Shown: piece after piece, positions 42,684 to 60,495 of the stretch
Layout of the letters: every line of letters starts with the position of its first letter
Position numbering within the stretch: the stretch's first letter is position 1
Source of the DNA: the human T2T-CHM13v2.0 reference genome, Homo sapiens
Length of the DNA: 64,000 nucleotides
Strand: one strand, 5' to 3'
Assembly: GCF_009914755.1 (NCBI RefSeq)
Contig: NC_060934.1
The notes under the pieces: model-generated
The model's database searches: none
The model's input: only the letters and a program-made list of their open reading frames with translations
Told to the model about the DNA's origin: nothing
Program-made: the position numbers and the translations under genes

Positions 42684-45600
42684 CTATCCCCAAAAGAAAA
42701 ACCGTGAAATACAAGTTTTAGGAGGTGGAGCAAAGAAAAGCCAAGTTATTTAAAACCAATAAACACAAGAGACAATTCTGCTGGAGAATTTACTTTCTCC
42801 AAAACATCAAATGGATTTTAAAGCAGAAGACCACATTTTATGAGAAAGTTATGTCACTGAAAAGCTTCATGTAAAGTGACTTTGTAAATGGAATATTTTT
42901 AAATGATAAAAAGAAAATAACTTTTCCAGGAATCCTTTGGAGAGGCTGATAACCAGATATTAAATTATCAATTTTGCCAAAGTGGACTTTTAAAAAATGT
43001 GTTACTTTTAAAAACTAACTTGAAAGAATTTATGAGGCAATCTATCTGAGTATGTTTATTGTTGCTCCATTGGCTTTCAGGATTTTGGTCATTTCACTGT
43101 TAACTCTTACATCAGAGAATAAAGAAAAGAAAATGAAACTTTGTTAGGAACTGGGATGGAAAATGTAGTCCCAGACAGATCTACTGACCTCGACTGAGTT
43201 TCAGAAATATCCCAGGATTTTGGTTATTCATGCCTTTCTTTTGTGACTTTCTTTCAAATTAGCCAATTAAAGATACCCCTTCAATCACCGGTGACATCAG
43301 TACAACAGTTTTTCAACAGTTTTCTCTCTCCTGACCAAACAGTTTTCCCAAGAAGCCAGTCAATAGTCTTATCTGTTATTTGTTCAGCATTTACAAACTG
43401 ACTTTGCACTTGACTATTAGAGCTGCTTTCTATTAATGCCAGTAAAACAACAGAGGAAGGCCCAAGCTGATCCAATCTGGGATTTGTGGTGTTTCTAGAT
43501 TGTCTTCTAGTGATATTAAAAAACATCATAAAAATTCCTGGGAAAGGAGAAATAATTGAAAAACTAAGCATTTAAAGTTACTCTAAGTATGCAAAATAAA
43601 TTTAATTGGGAGGAGTGAGATGAAAGAGATAGTAAGTGGGAAATGGAGACTGTGGGGAAAAAAAATCTAATTGATGATAGGGTGATGGAATTCCAGAGGG
43701 GCTAGAATTCCTCCTCTGGGCATAATGACCACCTGAACAGCTGCTGAAGTCTGCAGAGTTCTTTAACTCAAGCACTGTGCCTCTATTGATAACTTGGTAG
43801 CATAGTAAAGTAAACATTCTCTTTCTTTAATCATTAGGCTGTTGGTTCCTCTGGAGGATGAACATAGTGGATGCCTCACATTTTCAGCATTTCTGTACAG
43901 TCTCACTGGCTCTTCATAATGTGTCTGTAGAACAGATGCTCTATTTCACAGAGCAGGAAACTATGGATGAGATGTTCAGCGCCTGTCCCAAGACAAATCA
44001 GCCAATAAATGGCAAGTCAACAGGAGCCCAACTCCTGCGGTGTCTTGTCTAACAGATGCTTTACAGTCCTGCTTATTAACTCTCATACCAGCATACAGAG
44101 TCTCCAAATGCCCTCTCTCCTTATGTCTTTCATTTATCTGAACTTAAGGAGAGTAAGTCTTTCCAAAGTTTTAGCATGAAAGAACTTTTGGTATATCTAG
44201 CTCTAGCATGTCCTAAAATCATTTGTAGCTCCAAAATGTATACTTGGTTCTTTTTTTATATAATTTATTGATATTCTCACTTTGTTCATCCATCGTTTTC
44301 CTGATTTCTGCTGGCTCTTTGAGCATATTTAAGACAGTTGTCTAGTAGTAAGTCCAATGTCTGGGCTTCCCGGGGAAGGTTTTTGCCAATTTATTTTCTC
44401 CCTTTGAATGGGCCATACTTTCCTCTTTCTGTGTATGCCTTATACCTTTCTGTTGAAAACTGGGCATCTGAACATTACAATGGGTAATCATATTCTCTCC
44501 CTGCCTCAGGGTTTGCTGTTGTTGATTCCTGAGGGCTCCAGTCATCCATTTGTTTAGTGACTTTTCCAAACTGTTTTTGCAAAGGCAGTATTCCTTGTTG
44601 GGTGTGGTCACTGAAGTCTCTGTTCCACTATCTCACTGGTCAGCCAGTTACCTAACAGAGATTTCCTTAAATGCCAAAAATCAGCTGCCCTTTTCTTCAT
44701 TAAGCAGTCTCTTGGTTGCTGTTGTAAGTTTTCAATTAGATTCCAGAGTTCTGAAAAAGTTCATTCTGTCAGTCTTTGCCAGCTTATGGTTGTTTTAAAA
44801 TGACTTTTAGAACAGTAACCTTTATTAGTGCTTACAAGATGCTATTAGGTTTCCTAATGACCCCTACCTGATATATTTTGGATAAAGGCTTGAGGGTTAC
44901 TTTGAAGAGCCAAGGTTCAGTTTTAAAGCAGAACACAACTCAGCTTCTCATTCTGATTATCCCTTTTCTTTGCCACATTTGACTCATTTATATTTCACTT
45001 CCTTGACATTGTCTTATTCATACTTGCCTAAAAGCATCAGTTATAATTATAAATAGGTAATGTTAAGAAAATATAATTTGTATTCATAGTAGGAAGGTTA
45101 TTATATTGACACTGTGATTGCTATTTACTCAGTTATTTGTGAGAACTTAGTGTGGAAAGATTTTGCCAAGAAGTCCTTTTGGTCATATGAATACAGAGAA
45201 TTACAACTTTACAATTTTCTAAACTCATGATAAATGACCAAACACAATCAAAGTTAGTATTTTTCGACAAATTTTACTAAAGATTATGTGTTAACTTAAA
45301 AAAAAAAACAACTGTTGCTGTTTTTAAGTAAAGGCCACTCTAAACCTCAGAATACTACAGCTGAGACAAAAATCCTGGAGGTCAGGGTCATTGCTCTGTG
45401 GAGGGATGTACAGGAGTTTCACAGACTGAGTCCCAGTTACCAAGGTAAGATTTGTAAGTCTCCAATTCTAGAATAGTTCTTAGCATATAAAGAGGGCTGT
45501 GGCTATGCTGCTTTCCCTCAGCTTGCTAAGATTATATATCTCAGCTTCCTTGAACAGACAGCCCACTCTTCTCAGTTTGGCTCTGGCAATGGTCATTGCT

Positions 45601-45716
45601 GACGGGCCAAAGAACAGAATGTTGTTTCTTCCCTAGCACTGCTGGCCCTTGTCATGCAGAATCACTTGGTTGAAAATTTTTTGATAGGTGCCTTGGGTTT
45701 GCATGAGATTCCTATT

Positions 45717-45903
45717 TGTGTGGTTTCCAAAGTGTGGTCCCTGAACAGTAAAATCAGCATTTCCTGGAAACTTGTCAGAAATCTATAGTTTCAGGTCCCT
45801 CCCCAGACCCATTGAAATCAGAAACTCTGGTGGTGGGGTACAGCAATCTGCTTTATCAAGCCCTCCATGAAATTCTAACATATGCTGAAGTGTCAGAATA
45901 CTG
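45717..45903. mobile_element. MER5A-like DNA transposon
   Basis: gtggtttccaaagtgtggtccc...atcagaaactctgg...caagccctcc. Confidence 0.7.
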
Positions 45904-47282
45904 ATTTAGAGTCTGATTATTCTGAGGGCCACCTATAGCCTACTGGAAGTGTTGAAGTCATTAACAGTTTTCAGAACTTCTAAGACCTAAACAGGTTGTA
46001 AGTAATAATGCATCTCAAATCCAGGTTAATATTGTAAACACTTATTACTTCCCTTGAATTTTCTCTTAAAACTGCATTGCCACCAATTGTGAATTACGGA
46101 CAACATCCTTTCAACAGAGTATAAAGAGCTGTGTTGTTGTCATTACACCCCACAGGAGAGGAAAGGTAGCAATTCCCTTTTGTACAGCTGGCAATTTCTG
46201 TGCCAAAATATGTAGCAAAGAAGTTAGATCTTGTTTTGGATCACTCAGCAATTTAGTGGCAGAGCTCAGAATATAATTTGTCAGTCTAGGTCATATATGC
46301 TGCCTTGGTGTATTTAGATATAACATTTTTTATAGATGTAATCTTGTTTCTATAATCTATGTGAATTTTCTAACTATCTCAAAGAAAATGTGTATAGACA
46401 TAAAGTGGATTCCAACCTAAGTAAACTTTTGGAAGTAGCCAGAGAAAGCACATATAGGAAGAAGTAAACATTTACATGTTTTACAAAAAGCCCAATACAT
46501 ATAAATTATAGAAAGCCATAAATTTGTTTTCCTCTACCCTTGTGCAAAAACATGTTGTTACTGAGAACGTATTTTCTGGCCTTCAGAATAGAGACTTATT
46601 AATAATACAAACATTAAGTGCATTATTCTAGGCATGGGAAGAGAGCAATGGAAAAGATAAATCTGTTACTTCATCATGCTTACGTTCCAGTGGGGGTTAA
46701 AAGACAAGCAAAGTGAGTAAATTATAAAGCATATTTTAAGGTGACAACTGAAATGGAGGAAAATAAAGCAGGAAAGACGACAGAAAGTTGGGGGACACAA
46801 TTTACAGCTTTAAACTAGACCTCACCAAGAAGGTGAAATTTGAATGAAGCCTAAAAAAGTGTAAAGAAGCAAGTCTTACAGATACCTGACAGAAAAACGA
46901 TTCCAAGCAAAAAAGATTAAGAAGCACAAAAACCCTGGGGGAGGGGGGAAACATACTTGGTGTGTGTGAAAGAAGCAAAGAGGGCAGGATGGCTAGAGAG
47001 GAACTAGGAGAGCCATACGAGATGAAGGCAGTGAGACAGAGGGGGAAGTGTGGATATGTAAACCAACCTAACTTTTTAACAAGGTCACTTTGAGCCTACT
47101 AAAAGACCACTGTTCCCAAAAAAGTAGCAGCAGGGACACAAGTGTAAGCATGGAATCTCTTTGGGGTAACAATGATTGCATCTGGAAAAAAGGAACTGGG
47201 GGAAAAATGTGAGATACTGAATTTTCACCGTGAACTTTTTATACTTTTGAATTTTTCTGTTTATGTATTACATTTTCAAAAG

Positions 47283-49130
<1,848 letters not shown>

Positions 49131-50415
49131 AAATGACTACACTACCTAGGTTAACTTTATAAAAACTGACATTGGATAAATTCAATATGTGAATAAAGAT
49201 CTTCAAGGGAATCTACTTTGTATTATCAAAGGATTATTCCTATGTACAAAAAGATTTATAATACTAGTCTCTTAAATAGGCTCTTCTTTTGAGAGCATTT
49301 ACATTTGAATACAGATTAGCTATTTTCTGCTAAGAGTCTAGAAGTCAAAGAAATGGTGTATAGGGTGAATCCCAGATTAAACATGAAACATAAATAATAT
49401 GACATCTCTGAAATAATCATAAGTCCATGGGAAAATATAACCACTTAATGTAAATACATTTTTTCCAGGAAATTATCATAGAGAAAAAGGTATTTATTAT
49501 TATGACATTTGTATTTTACTACTGTATCATAAATGCCATTTGAGATCTAATAATGATAAATCTGACCCTGAATCTGACACATCCTAAAAGCTAAGCAATT
49601 ATTATCACCTAAGTAGTATTTGTATGGAAGAGTGCCATAAATGCTAAAACAGTCAATGACTATACTTATATAAAATGTGAGAAAGTTTCCTTGGTAAACT
49701 AATATACATCAGCTACATCTCAATTACTTAGCAGTGGAAAAGGTGGAGAACCAACTGTTGAGGCAAAGCAGCTTTTGAGTTTTTTCTGGTTTCCCTGGTA
49801 CACCTTGTTAATTTTAAGGGTTAACCTGGGCTGTAGTAGCCCCATTCCACCTATAGGAATCCACTGTGTACTTTTAATCCCACCCTCCATAACCACTGCA
49901 TCTATTCTATGCCATTTTTCCCGGTGCTGGAAAAATTAGGTATTTTAAACTAGGTATTTATTTTAGTTTTTATGTTTTGTGGATCAACAGTTATATAAAT
50001 TACATACCATCTTTCTTTAGACAGGCCCCTGCTATGCTAGCATGCTGAAGAAAGGTAGGAGGTATGCTTAAAGCCTGATAAAAAGTCTGTATACTGTGTC
50101 CCCCCATGCTTTTAAGCCTCACTATTCAGAGGTATACATGTCACCAGGAGGGCTTAAAAATCAGATTTCGATCTATTAAATCGGAGACAGTATACAAATA
50201 GAAATCTGGCTCATGTTAAAACAATTTAAAATCTTAAGGAAATTATGTGAGATTTCTGCAAGCACTGAGATGTCATTCTAATAAAGGCAGACTGGTGCAG
50301 GTAATTCTCTTATTTGCATCTTCTTCCATTTATATCTATACTAAGAGCAATTTTTTTTTTCAAAACTAGTTCTTTCAGTCAGTAAAAAATATGTTAGAAA
50401 TAAGTTTGTATATAC

Positions 50416-50592
50416 CTGATGAAGTGCTCCCGCTGGCAAAACAATAGCATCACCAAGGAACTGAATAAGAGTACAGGTTCTGACTCCATATTCTTCAAGC
50501 AGCCTTTGACGGAGCTTTTTGTTCACATACCAACTTTGGTCACGTATTGGATCATGTTCTGGTAGAACTTCAAGGCCTTGTTCTTTTGAAAT
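50416..50592 (-). CDS. JMJD1C: JMJD1C exon ([22 protein letters not shown]...PAGALHQ), distal His ligand
   Basis: Acceptor tatttcag, 177 nt, donor CAG|GTATAT. Confidence 0.95.
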
Positions 50593-51828
50593 CTGAAATA
50601 TGAATTAAAATAGACACTCCAATTTAAGTAAGGAAATGGTAAATCCTGTTCAGTTAAATTTCAATTTTATTTGTAATAACAAATCTTTTCTTCTCAGAAT
50701 CAATGGAACAACTGAATGAGCTTCTTCAGTTAAAAAATAACATTCTGCAATAATTTGGAAAGCCAAAGAATATTAAAACAATACAGCAATGCTGAAATGC
50801 TCTTAACAGTTTACTACTTCCTTCTCACCACCTCCTTCCACTATGAAGTTTCCATCTATCTGGTTTCCTTCCTTATAACTGTTTCAAAAGTATAGCACAT
50901 GGATGAGGAACAGGGTATTTTTTTTTTTTTTTACCAAAAGCCAAACCATTCATATGTATGGATTTCATAAATATTTATTGATCCTTTTTTGAGGTAAGTA
51001 TAAATACCTTTACATGGCTAACCTTCTAACACTTGAAAAATCAATTTCAAGGGACTCTTTAATCAGTTAAATAATCTGCTTTAGAAGGCACAAATGATCA
51101 TACTTCAGATTAAAATACAGGTAAGTATTCAGGGATAAAATGGTACAAAAAAGGCTGTAACTCTTTTACTTCACATTGATCACAGACAGAACTTACATCC
51201 TTTCAGAAAGATGATGTATCAGCACTGAACATTTCTTAAAACAAATTTCCATAATTACGAAGTTTAAAAAGTACCTGAGCAAAGGGTTTCAACCAATTAT
51301 TTCAGGTTGATATATAAATTTCTTTCAGAGTATATGACAACTACAGTCAAGGTATGATTACTCAAAATCTGAGTCTACTCAGTAAGTATCATAGTATCAG
51401 ATGTGATAGAGTAGAATCATTCCCTAGGTCAGCAGCCAAAAATATCTATCAGATTCAAAGAAAATAAAGATCCTACCTTCTTTAGACGTTTCCATGAAAT
51501 ATTTGTTTTTACATCCCGCGACTCCAGATAGCTACTTTTCGCCACCCAACTAATATCTGGCTCAAGAACAGATCAGTCTTTTATTAACAGGGAATGGAGG
51601 CACACTACCAACTGGGAACAAATCACCATTCAAAACCCTCAAAATGTTAACAGACTTTCAAAGAGGAGCAAGAGAAACAGGGTTTTGACTTTCAACAAAA
51701 ACTCCCATCTACTTTGAAGTAAAAATTATGTAATGGTCTTATATTGTTGAATGCCAAGTGAAGGTATGGCAACAATGAATAAGTCCTTGCTTGAGGGGAA
51801 GAGATATTATTTGCAAACTAACTTATAC

Positions 51829-51968
51829 CTTTTGAAGAAATTCCCTTATCTTGTCAACATCTTTCCCAGCATAAATATGCCACAGAGCACCAGGTATTTC
51901 ACTTGAGTCCTTCAATCTTTTCCTTAAAATGTCATCCAAATCTTCTTCCTCAAATTTCTTGAGAATTC
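51829..51968 (-). CDS. JMJD1C: JMJD1C exon (GILKKFEEED...PGALWHIYAGKDVDKIREFLQK)
   Basis: Acceptor tttcag, 140 nt, donor AAG|GTATAA; GALWHIY motif. Confidence 0.95.
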
Positions 51969-52037
51969 CTGAAACAAAGGAACATAATTTCAAATTGTCG
52001 GCAAAGAATACCAGAAAGCCAAGTCTCCTAAAGTTGA

Positions 52038-52365
<328 letters not shown>

Positions 52366-52999
52366 TAAAAAAGAGTCAAACACAGTTATATGTTCATAAC
52401 TTTTAGGACTACAAGAATAGATAAGTGGATACAAAGCAATAGTGATTTTCCCAGTTTGTTTTATGCAAACCAAGAAGCAGGAGATAGAAAACCTAAGAGC
52501 AACTATGTAAAATTTAACCACCTTCCTTCCCTGTTCCAAGGGGGTGGTCCTAACAATGACTTGTACTCATAGCATTTCCTAACTTACAAAGGTCTTTTAT
52601 GCTCACTATTTATTAGTTGGCCCCTATACTTACTTAAGAATAAGGGATAACCTCTATTTTATACCTGAGTAAAAAGGTTCCATGAGGTGAAAGGTTTTAC
52701 TCATTACCATGACTAATGAATGGCAGGACAAAATGTATTCTGATTAATTTCGAGGTGCTCTCATATTTGATAATGGTTAATCTGTAATCAAATGCAAATG
52801 TTTCACGAACAAAGTTGTGGTTTTGAGGAAAATCAAGCCATCCTTCTAAAATGTTGACAAACTAAAATTCCTACACGTATGTATGTACAGAAAAAAACTT
52901 TAGAAGTGTACAAACAAAAATAGTAACTAGTTGTCTCTAAGTGTAGGACCACAGGAAGGTCCTTTTTTAAAAGGACCAGTGAACATTTAAATAAATATT

Positions 53000-54010
<1,011 letters not shown>

Positions 54011-54054
54011 GAAAGCTGTTACCTGCTACAAAGTATATATCAGATGTTTCCTAA

Positions 54055-54360
<306 letters not shown>

Positions 54361-54769
54361 TGATCCACCACCTTGGCCTCCCAAAGTGCTGGGATTACAG
54401 GCGTGAGCCACTGCTAATTGAAACATTTGGTAAGTGTTTACTATGTGCGAGGCACTGTCCTAGGAAGTTGGGAATTAGAATTAAGAAAGATCCATTCAAG
54501 AGCTCATGGAGTTAAAGAGGGTCCTAATAAATCTAGACAAATAAACATCACATTGTGGTAAGTGCAATCACATCAGTACAAAGGGTACAGAGACAGGTTA
54601 AGTCCTCCAATGTTATCTGTGACAAAGTCTTTTCCCAGTCATGGTAAAACAAAAAAATTAAGGGCAATGTAAAAAGTTGAACATAAAAAAATCATCCTTT
54701 ACTCTGGTATCTTTTTGTTTGTTTGTTTGTTTGAGATGGAGTTTTGCTGTGTCACCCAGGATGGAGTAG

Positions 54770-55085
<316 letters not shown>

Positions 55086-56992
55086 TAGCTGGGATGGTCT
55101 CGATCTCCTGACCTCGTGATCCGCCCGCCTCGGCCTCCCAAATAATTTTTGTATTTTTAATAGAGACTGGGTTTCACTACGTTGGCTAGCTGGTCTCAAA
55201 CTCCTGACTTCAAGTGATCCACCCACCTCAGCCTCCCAAAGTGTTGGGATTACAGGCATGAGCCACCGTGCCTGGCTTATCTTTCTTATAGAGAGTTTGA
55301 AATGTTCTCTTTAAAAAATGACAGTTGATGTTTCTAAAATCTGTTTTCTTAACAAAATTAAAAGCTGGAAACTTTAAATTGGTTTTCTGACATTTTTCCT
55401 TTAAATTTTACTGCTCTGCAAATTAAAATAACAAGTACATGAGGCGGGGGAGGCATCATAATAAAGAGAATGACTGGCTAGAGCATAGTAAGTTTACTTT
55501 CTTTAATGAAGACTTCTAGGGTGAATGATAATCTGAGTTACAATTGAAAGAATGAATACAGAAGTTTGCCAGGAAGACATGGAGCTAAAAGACACATGGC
55601 AGATGGAGAAAAAAATCATGTTCTTTTAAGTATTTTTCAATGTGTTTGAAACATTATTATAACCCTAAAATGTTGCTTTGTGACCACCTATAAAAAGTGA
55701 CAAAAACTTTTTAGATAAAGAAAGAGAGCAAAAGGATTATTTAAAATGTTGAAATTCTCCTGAAATTTTCTCGAAAGAAATATGCTAGGAACAGAAGCTG
55801 GGGGATATGCATAAACAAAGATGAGGAAGAAAGTTCTAGCTTTTAAGGACATGAATGAATAGTAATGGAGGAAAGCAGGTTAACTTCTAAGTGCTACAGG
55901 GAAAGATCTGAACAAACTACAATGAGATACAAAGGATGTAACTCCATGGCATCACAGGATTAGAAAGGATAAATAATCTGAACTACAGGTCACATTTCTG
56001 TGGCAGCGCTCAGACTATAACTCAAGTGTGCCCACTGACTCTCAAATCTCTGGGGGATAGGGGTGGTTACCTATTATAGTCAATAGTGTCAGTTAAAAAG
56101 CTGAGTAGCATAATGTAAAAATGAGTTTCTACAGTTTTGAGGGATTTTAGGTTGTGTATTATAAAATTGTCAAATGTACACAAAAGTAGAGTGAATACTA
56201 TAATGAATCCCATGTCCCCAGCACCTAGCCATTAAGCTCCAATCTGGGATCCAGATATACAACTGGTGATCTATTTCATGGCTGGATGTCATCCACAGAA
56301 TTTCACAGAAAGTGCATGTGAAGTAGAAAAGGTAGCAAACATCTGAAACTCCGAAGAAGCCTCCAACTCCATAAGGTGTCAGAATCAGAAGTGGTATCAC
56401 AGAAGCAGAGAACTATATTCAAAGAGGTTGTGATTAACGGTGCCATTCATTATAGACAGGGGTGAGTAATAAACGAACCAGAAAGATACACTGAATTATC
56501 CAAATACGTGTGAGTGACAGCAGTAGCAATAGTAAATTTCAGACCAGTATGGAATAAGACTGCAATGAGCTGAAATGTAAAAGGAAAGTGACAAAGATGG
56601 TAAAATATTTCTTATGAGGGTAGAACCAATAGGATGGAAAGGTTTAAAGGAGGCTTTCTTTCGAGAAAGAAAAAATCATCTTAGACTCTGCTTCTATTGT
56701 ACAGAGAAAAAGCCAATGGAGAAGAAAACGTTAAAGGCCTATGACTGTATCTATGTCTTTGTAAAGAAGGGAATAACTGACACCATGGTTTCAGAAAGAA
56801 ATTGAGGGCACAGAAATGAAAACCTATATACTGGATAGAAAGAGAAAAGACCCCCTTCTTCCTCTTTTTACTGGAGGGGAAAAAAGAATGTTTGAGTCAC
56901 AAACCATATTTTAACCATCTTTAGAACCCTAAGAATTAGTTCCTATTCTTCAATAAATTTTTTTTGTTTGTTCATTTTTTGGTTTTTTTTGA

Positions 56993-57097
<105 letters not shown>

Positions 57098-57558
57098 TGA
57101 GCAGCTGAGATTACAGGCATGCACCACCACACCCAGCTAATTTTGTATTTTTAGTAGAGACAGGGTTATAGCATGTTGGTCAGGCTGGTCTTGAACTCCT
57201 GACCTCCAGTGATTCACCTGCCTTGGCCTCCCAAAGTACTGAGATTACAGGTGTGAGCCACTGCGCCCAGCCTCAATAAATGTTTACAAGTGCGCTTAAT
57301 GGTGTATTTTCATCAACACAATACTTAATGATAGAAAAGAAGTTAAAATATTCAATTTTAAAATTAAAATTTCACTTACATAAAAAGAAATAGGAAAATT
57401 ATTCAATCTTCAAGTAATAAGGGCTAAAATGCCCCTACATCCATTGCAATTCTTTTTGAAATCTTCGCTGTTAACTCAGAAGCTGATATTCTGGACAATA
57501 CTAGTGAATGTGATTATTCAACTCTTATTTCAAAGACTACTTATTCTTTTAAGTTTAC

Positions 57559-57681
57559 CTGCTTTTGAGAGAATGCCATTTCCTTTTGCTATGCCAACAT
57601 AAACTAGTATATTTACAACATCAGAAACTTCAATATGGAGATTTGTTGTTCCTATATCATGATCTTTAGCAGCAACTACAC
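57559..57681 (-). CDS. JMJD1C: JMJD1C exon (GVVAAKDHDIGTTNLHIEVSDVVNILVYVG...), H-x-E iron ligands
   Basis: Acceptor tatatacag, 123 nt, donor G|GTAAAC. Confidence 0.95.
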
Positions 57682-58028
57682 CTGTATATAAAACAAAATT
57701 TTACTTGACAAAATATTTATATATATGTAATAGCATAATCAGATATTCCCCCAAATTAGCTCGATCTGCATAATTTAATTGTAATTTGAGTTTTAGTTTC
57801 CTTATTACAAAAACCTGTTCCAAAAGCCACAATCTATAAAAGACCCTATTATTTGAATAATTACATTTCTATAATAAAATGTACTATGATTAAAAATCAA
57901 ATAAATAAAAAATCAATAAGCAGGTACTTAACTATATATTGGCTGTTAATTCCTAACATGTTGCTTCATATAAAAAAGGGTTTCGATGGATTAAAGGAAC
58001 AGATTTAGTAGAAACTAAAAATCATTAG

Positions 58029-58163
<135 letters not shown>

Positions 58164-58719
58164 TGATAGCTGGGACTACAGGTACACGCTACCACACCCA
58201 GCTAATTTTTCTATTTTTAGTAGAGATGGGGTTTCACCATGTCAGCCAGGGTGGTCTCAATCTCTTAACCTCATGATCCACCCACCCACCTTGACCTCCC
58301 AAAGTGCTGGGATTACAGGCATGGGCCACCACGCCCATCCTTGAACAGAAATTTTTTTTTTTTTTTTTTTGAGACGGAGTCTTGCTCTGTTGCCCAGGCT
58401 GGAGTGCAGTAGTGCAATCTCAGCTCACTGCAACCTCCACGCCTCCTGGGTTCAAGTAATTCTCCTGCCTCAGCCTCCTGAGTAGCTGGGACTATAGGCG
58501 CACGCCACCACACCTGGCTAATTTTTGTATTTTTTAGTAGAGACAGGGTTTCACCATGTTGACCAGGATGGTCTCAATCTCCTGACCTCGTGATTCACCC
58601 GCCTTAGCCTCCCAAAGAGTGCTGGGATTGCAGGCGTGAGCCACTATGCCCGGCCTGAGCAAAAATTTAAAAAAATCCAATATAATTCCTACATGGGAGA
58701 AATGTGAATATATACCTAC

Positions 58720-58850
58720 CATAGGCACTGCACAACCTGGGTCCTAGATCAGGACGTACAAAAAATCCTGGCAAATGAGAGGCCAAATTGAATTTTCCTT
58801 CTGGATTACAATATTCTGGCAATGGCAGACTTTTTAAAAGATCTTCGTAT
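58720..58850 (-). CDS. JMJD1C: JMJD1C exon ([13 protein letters not shown]...[12 protein letters not shown]), start of JmjC
   Basis: Acceptor ttcttcag, 131 nt, donor G|GTAGGT; KDM3-family PDLGP motif. Confidence 0.95.
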
Positions 58851-59225
58851 CTGAAGAAAAACAACATTGCCTTCTTATAAATAAAGATTTGCATTGCTAA
58901 GTATTTTCACATATATAATTTTCAAGTTGTTCAAAACAGCAGACTACCTTTCCATAAGACAGGTAACAATTTTCCTTGACTCAAGTGATACTGACTAAAA
59001 TAGCAATTCTGCTTCTCTAACCATTAAACCATTAAAAAGCTCCAATAGAAGGGAGGTCCTAAACAGGGTCCTGTGTTCTCTTTTTTTGAGACAAAGTTTC
59101 ACTCTTGTTGCCCGCCTCAGCCTCCCAAAGTGCTGGTATCACAGGCGTGAGCCACCGTGCCCAGCCTCTTTAACATGAACATTCTTTCCTTCACTGTCCT
59201 AACATAAAGATTTTCCCACTGCTGA

Positions 59226-59456
<231 letters not shown>

Positions 59457-59674
59457 TGATCTCCAAGTCTTGGACTCCAGCGATCCCCTCGCCTTGGCCT
59501 CCCAAAGTGCTGGGATTATAGGCGTGAGCCACTATGACGCTCAGCCTCAAGTTATTTATTTTTAATTGAGAAAGAAAAAGCCTACAGGTCACATTTACGG
59601 TTACTTATCCTATCTCTGGGGACAGTCTTAGCTCGATCTCAAAAAGTCAAGAGTCAAAATGAAAAGTTTCAAAC

Positions 59675-59765
59675 CTTGCTGGCATCATAGTCTTGAAGTC
59701 TTCTCCTGAAGGCCAGTCTTTCAATTTTAAAACAACTGTTTCTCCACTCTTGTTTTTCTGCCGTT
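59675..59765 (-). CDS. JMJD1C: JMJD1C exon (KRQKNKSGETVVLKLKDWPSGEDFKTMMPAR)
   Basis: Acceptor cttatag, 91 nt, donor AG|GTTTGA; KDM3-family LKLKDWP motif. Confidence 0.94.
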
Positions 59766-60326
59766 CTATAAGGAATGCAGTTAATTACTAAAAGGGTAAT
59801 TTCTGCCTTTTTATCTTTATTAACATTTGGAAAGAAACGTAAATGAATGAATGATTTGATTGTTGCACATTACATGCTTAATGATTGCTTGCTTATTGAC
59901 TTATTACTTATGTACTTATGTAGTATTAAAACCTTTGTTCCTTTTGTACATGAATAGAATTCATTAAATTACCCACTTGTAATATCTCAAAAGTTGTTTT
60001 TAAAAATCTTGGTAACATCACAATCTTACATCTACACTTTTAATTTTCAAAGAGTTTTACATAAATAATTCCATTTTCAAAAGCTTATGGAACTGCCAAA
60101 CATTTCTCCATAAGCAAAACAGTATAAACGGCATCTTTAAGGTCAAAGGAAATTAGTGCTAGAAATAGGGATTAGGACCCAGTATTTTGTTTCCAATTAC
60201 TTGTTTCTTTTTATTAGACAACATAAAACAGATGTTTCAAAGACTAAAAATCTGTTAAGTTACATTTGGAATTTATCATTTTGAAGGAGTATGATGGAGA
60301 AAATAGTAAAATAAAAACCAACATAC

Positions 60327-60495
60327 TTGAAACTTCTTCAAAACCATCCCAGAATTCCTTAACATTGGCATTTGAAATGATGCTATCTTTGCAGTTCAGG
60401 AGATCAGCTTGGTGGTCTCCAAAATCAAGACTAATTGATTCCGCCTTCCATAGGCTAATGTTCATTTTCTTATGCACACCAGAAACCACTGCAGG
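60327..60495 (-). CDS. JMJD1C: JMJD1C exon (PAVVSGVHKK...FWDGFEEVS)
   Basis: Acceptor tttataag, 169 nt, donor A|GTATGT; phase consistent. Confidence 0.93.

Noticed and set aside
50991-51126. Two perfect + strand donors (GAG|GTAAGT, CAG|GTAAGT) suggesting an antisense spliced RNA
   Set aside because: No convincing acceptor or promoter partner found; such 9-mers arise by chance in AT-rich DNA
51360-51430. C/D-box snoRNA-like words (TGAT...CTGA) in the JMJD1C intron
   Set aside because: No proper RTGATGA box C with terminal stem and no recognisable rRNA guide
52958-52977. Palindrome GGTCCTTTT-TT-AAAAGGACC
   Set aside because: Short isolated hairpin dominated by A/T runs, with no context suggesting function
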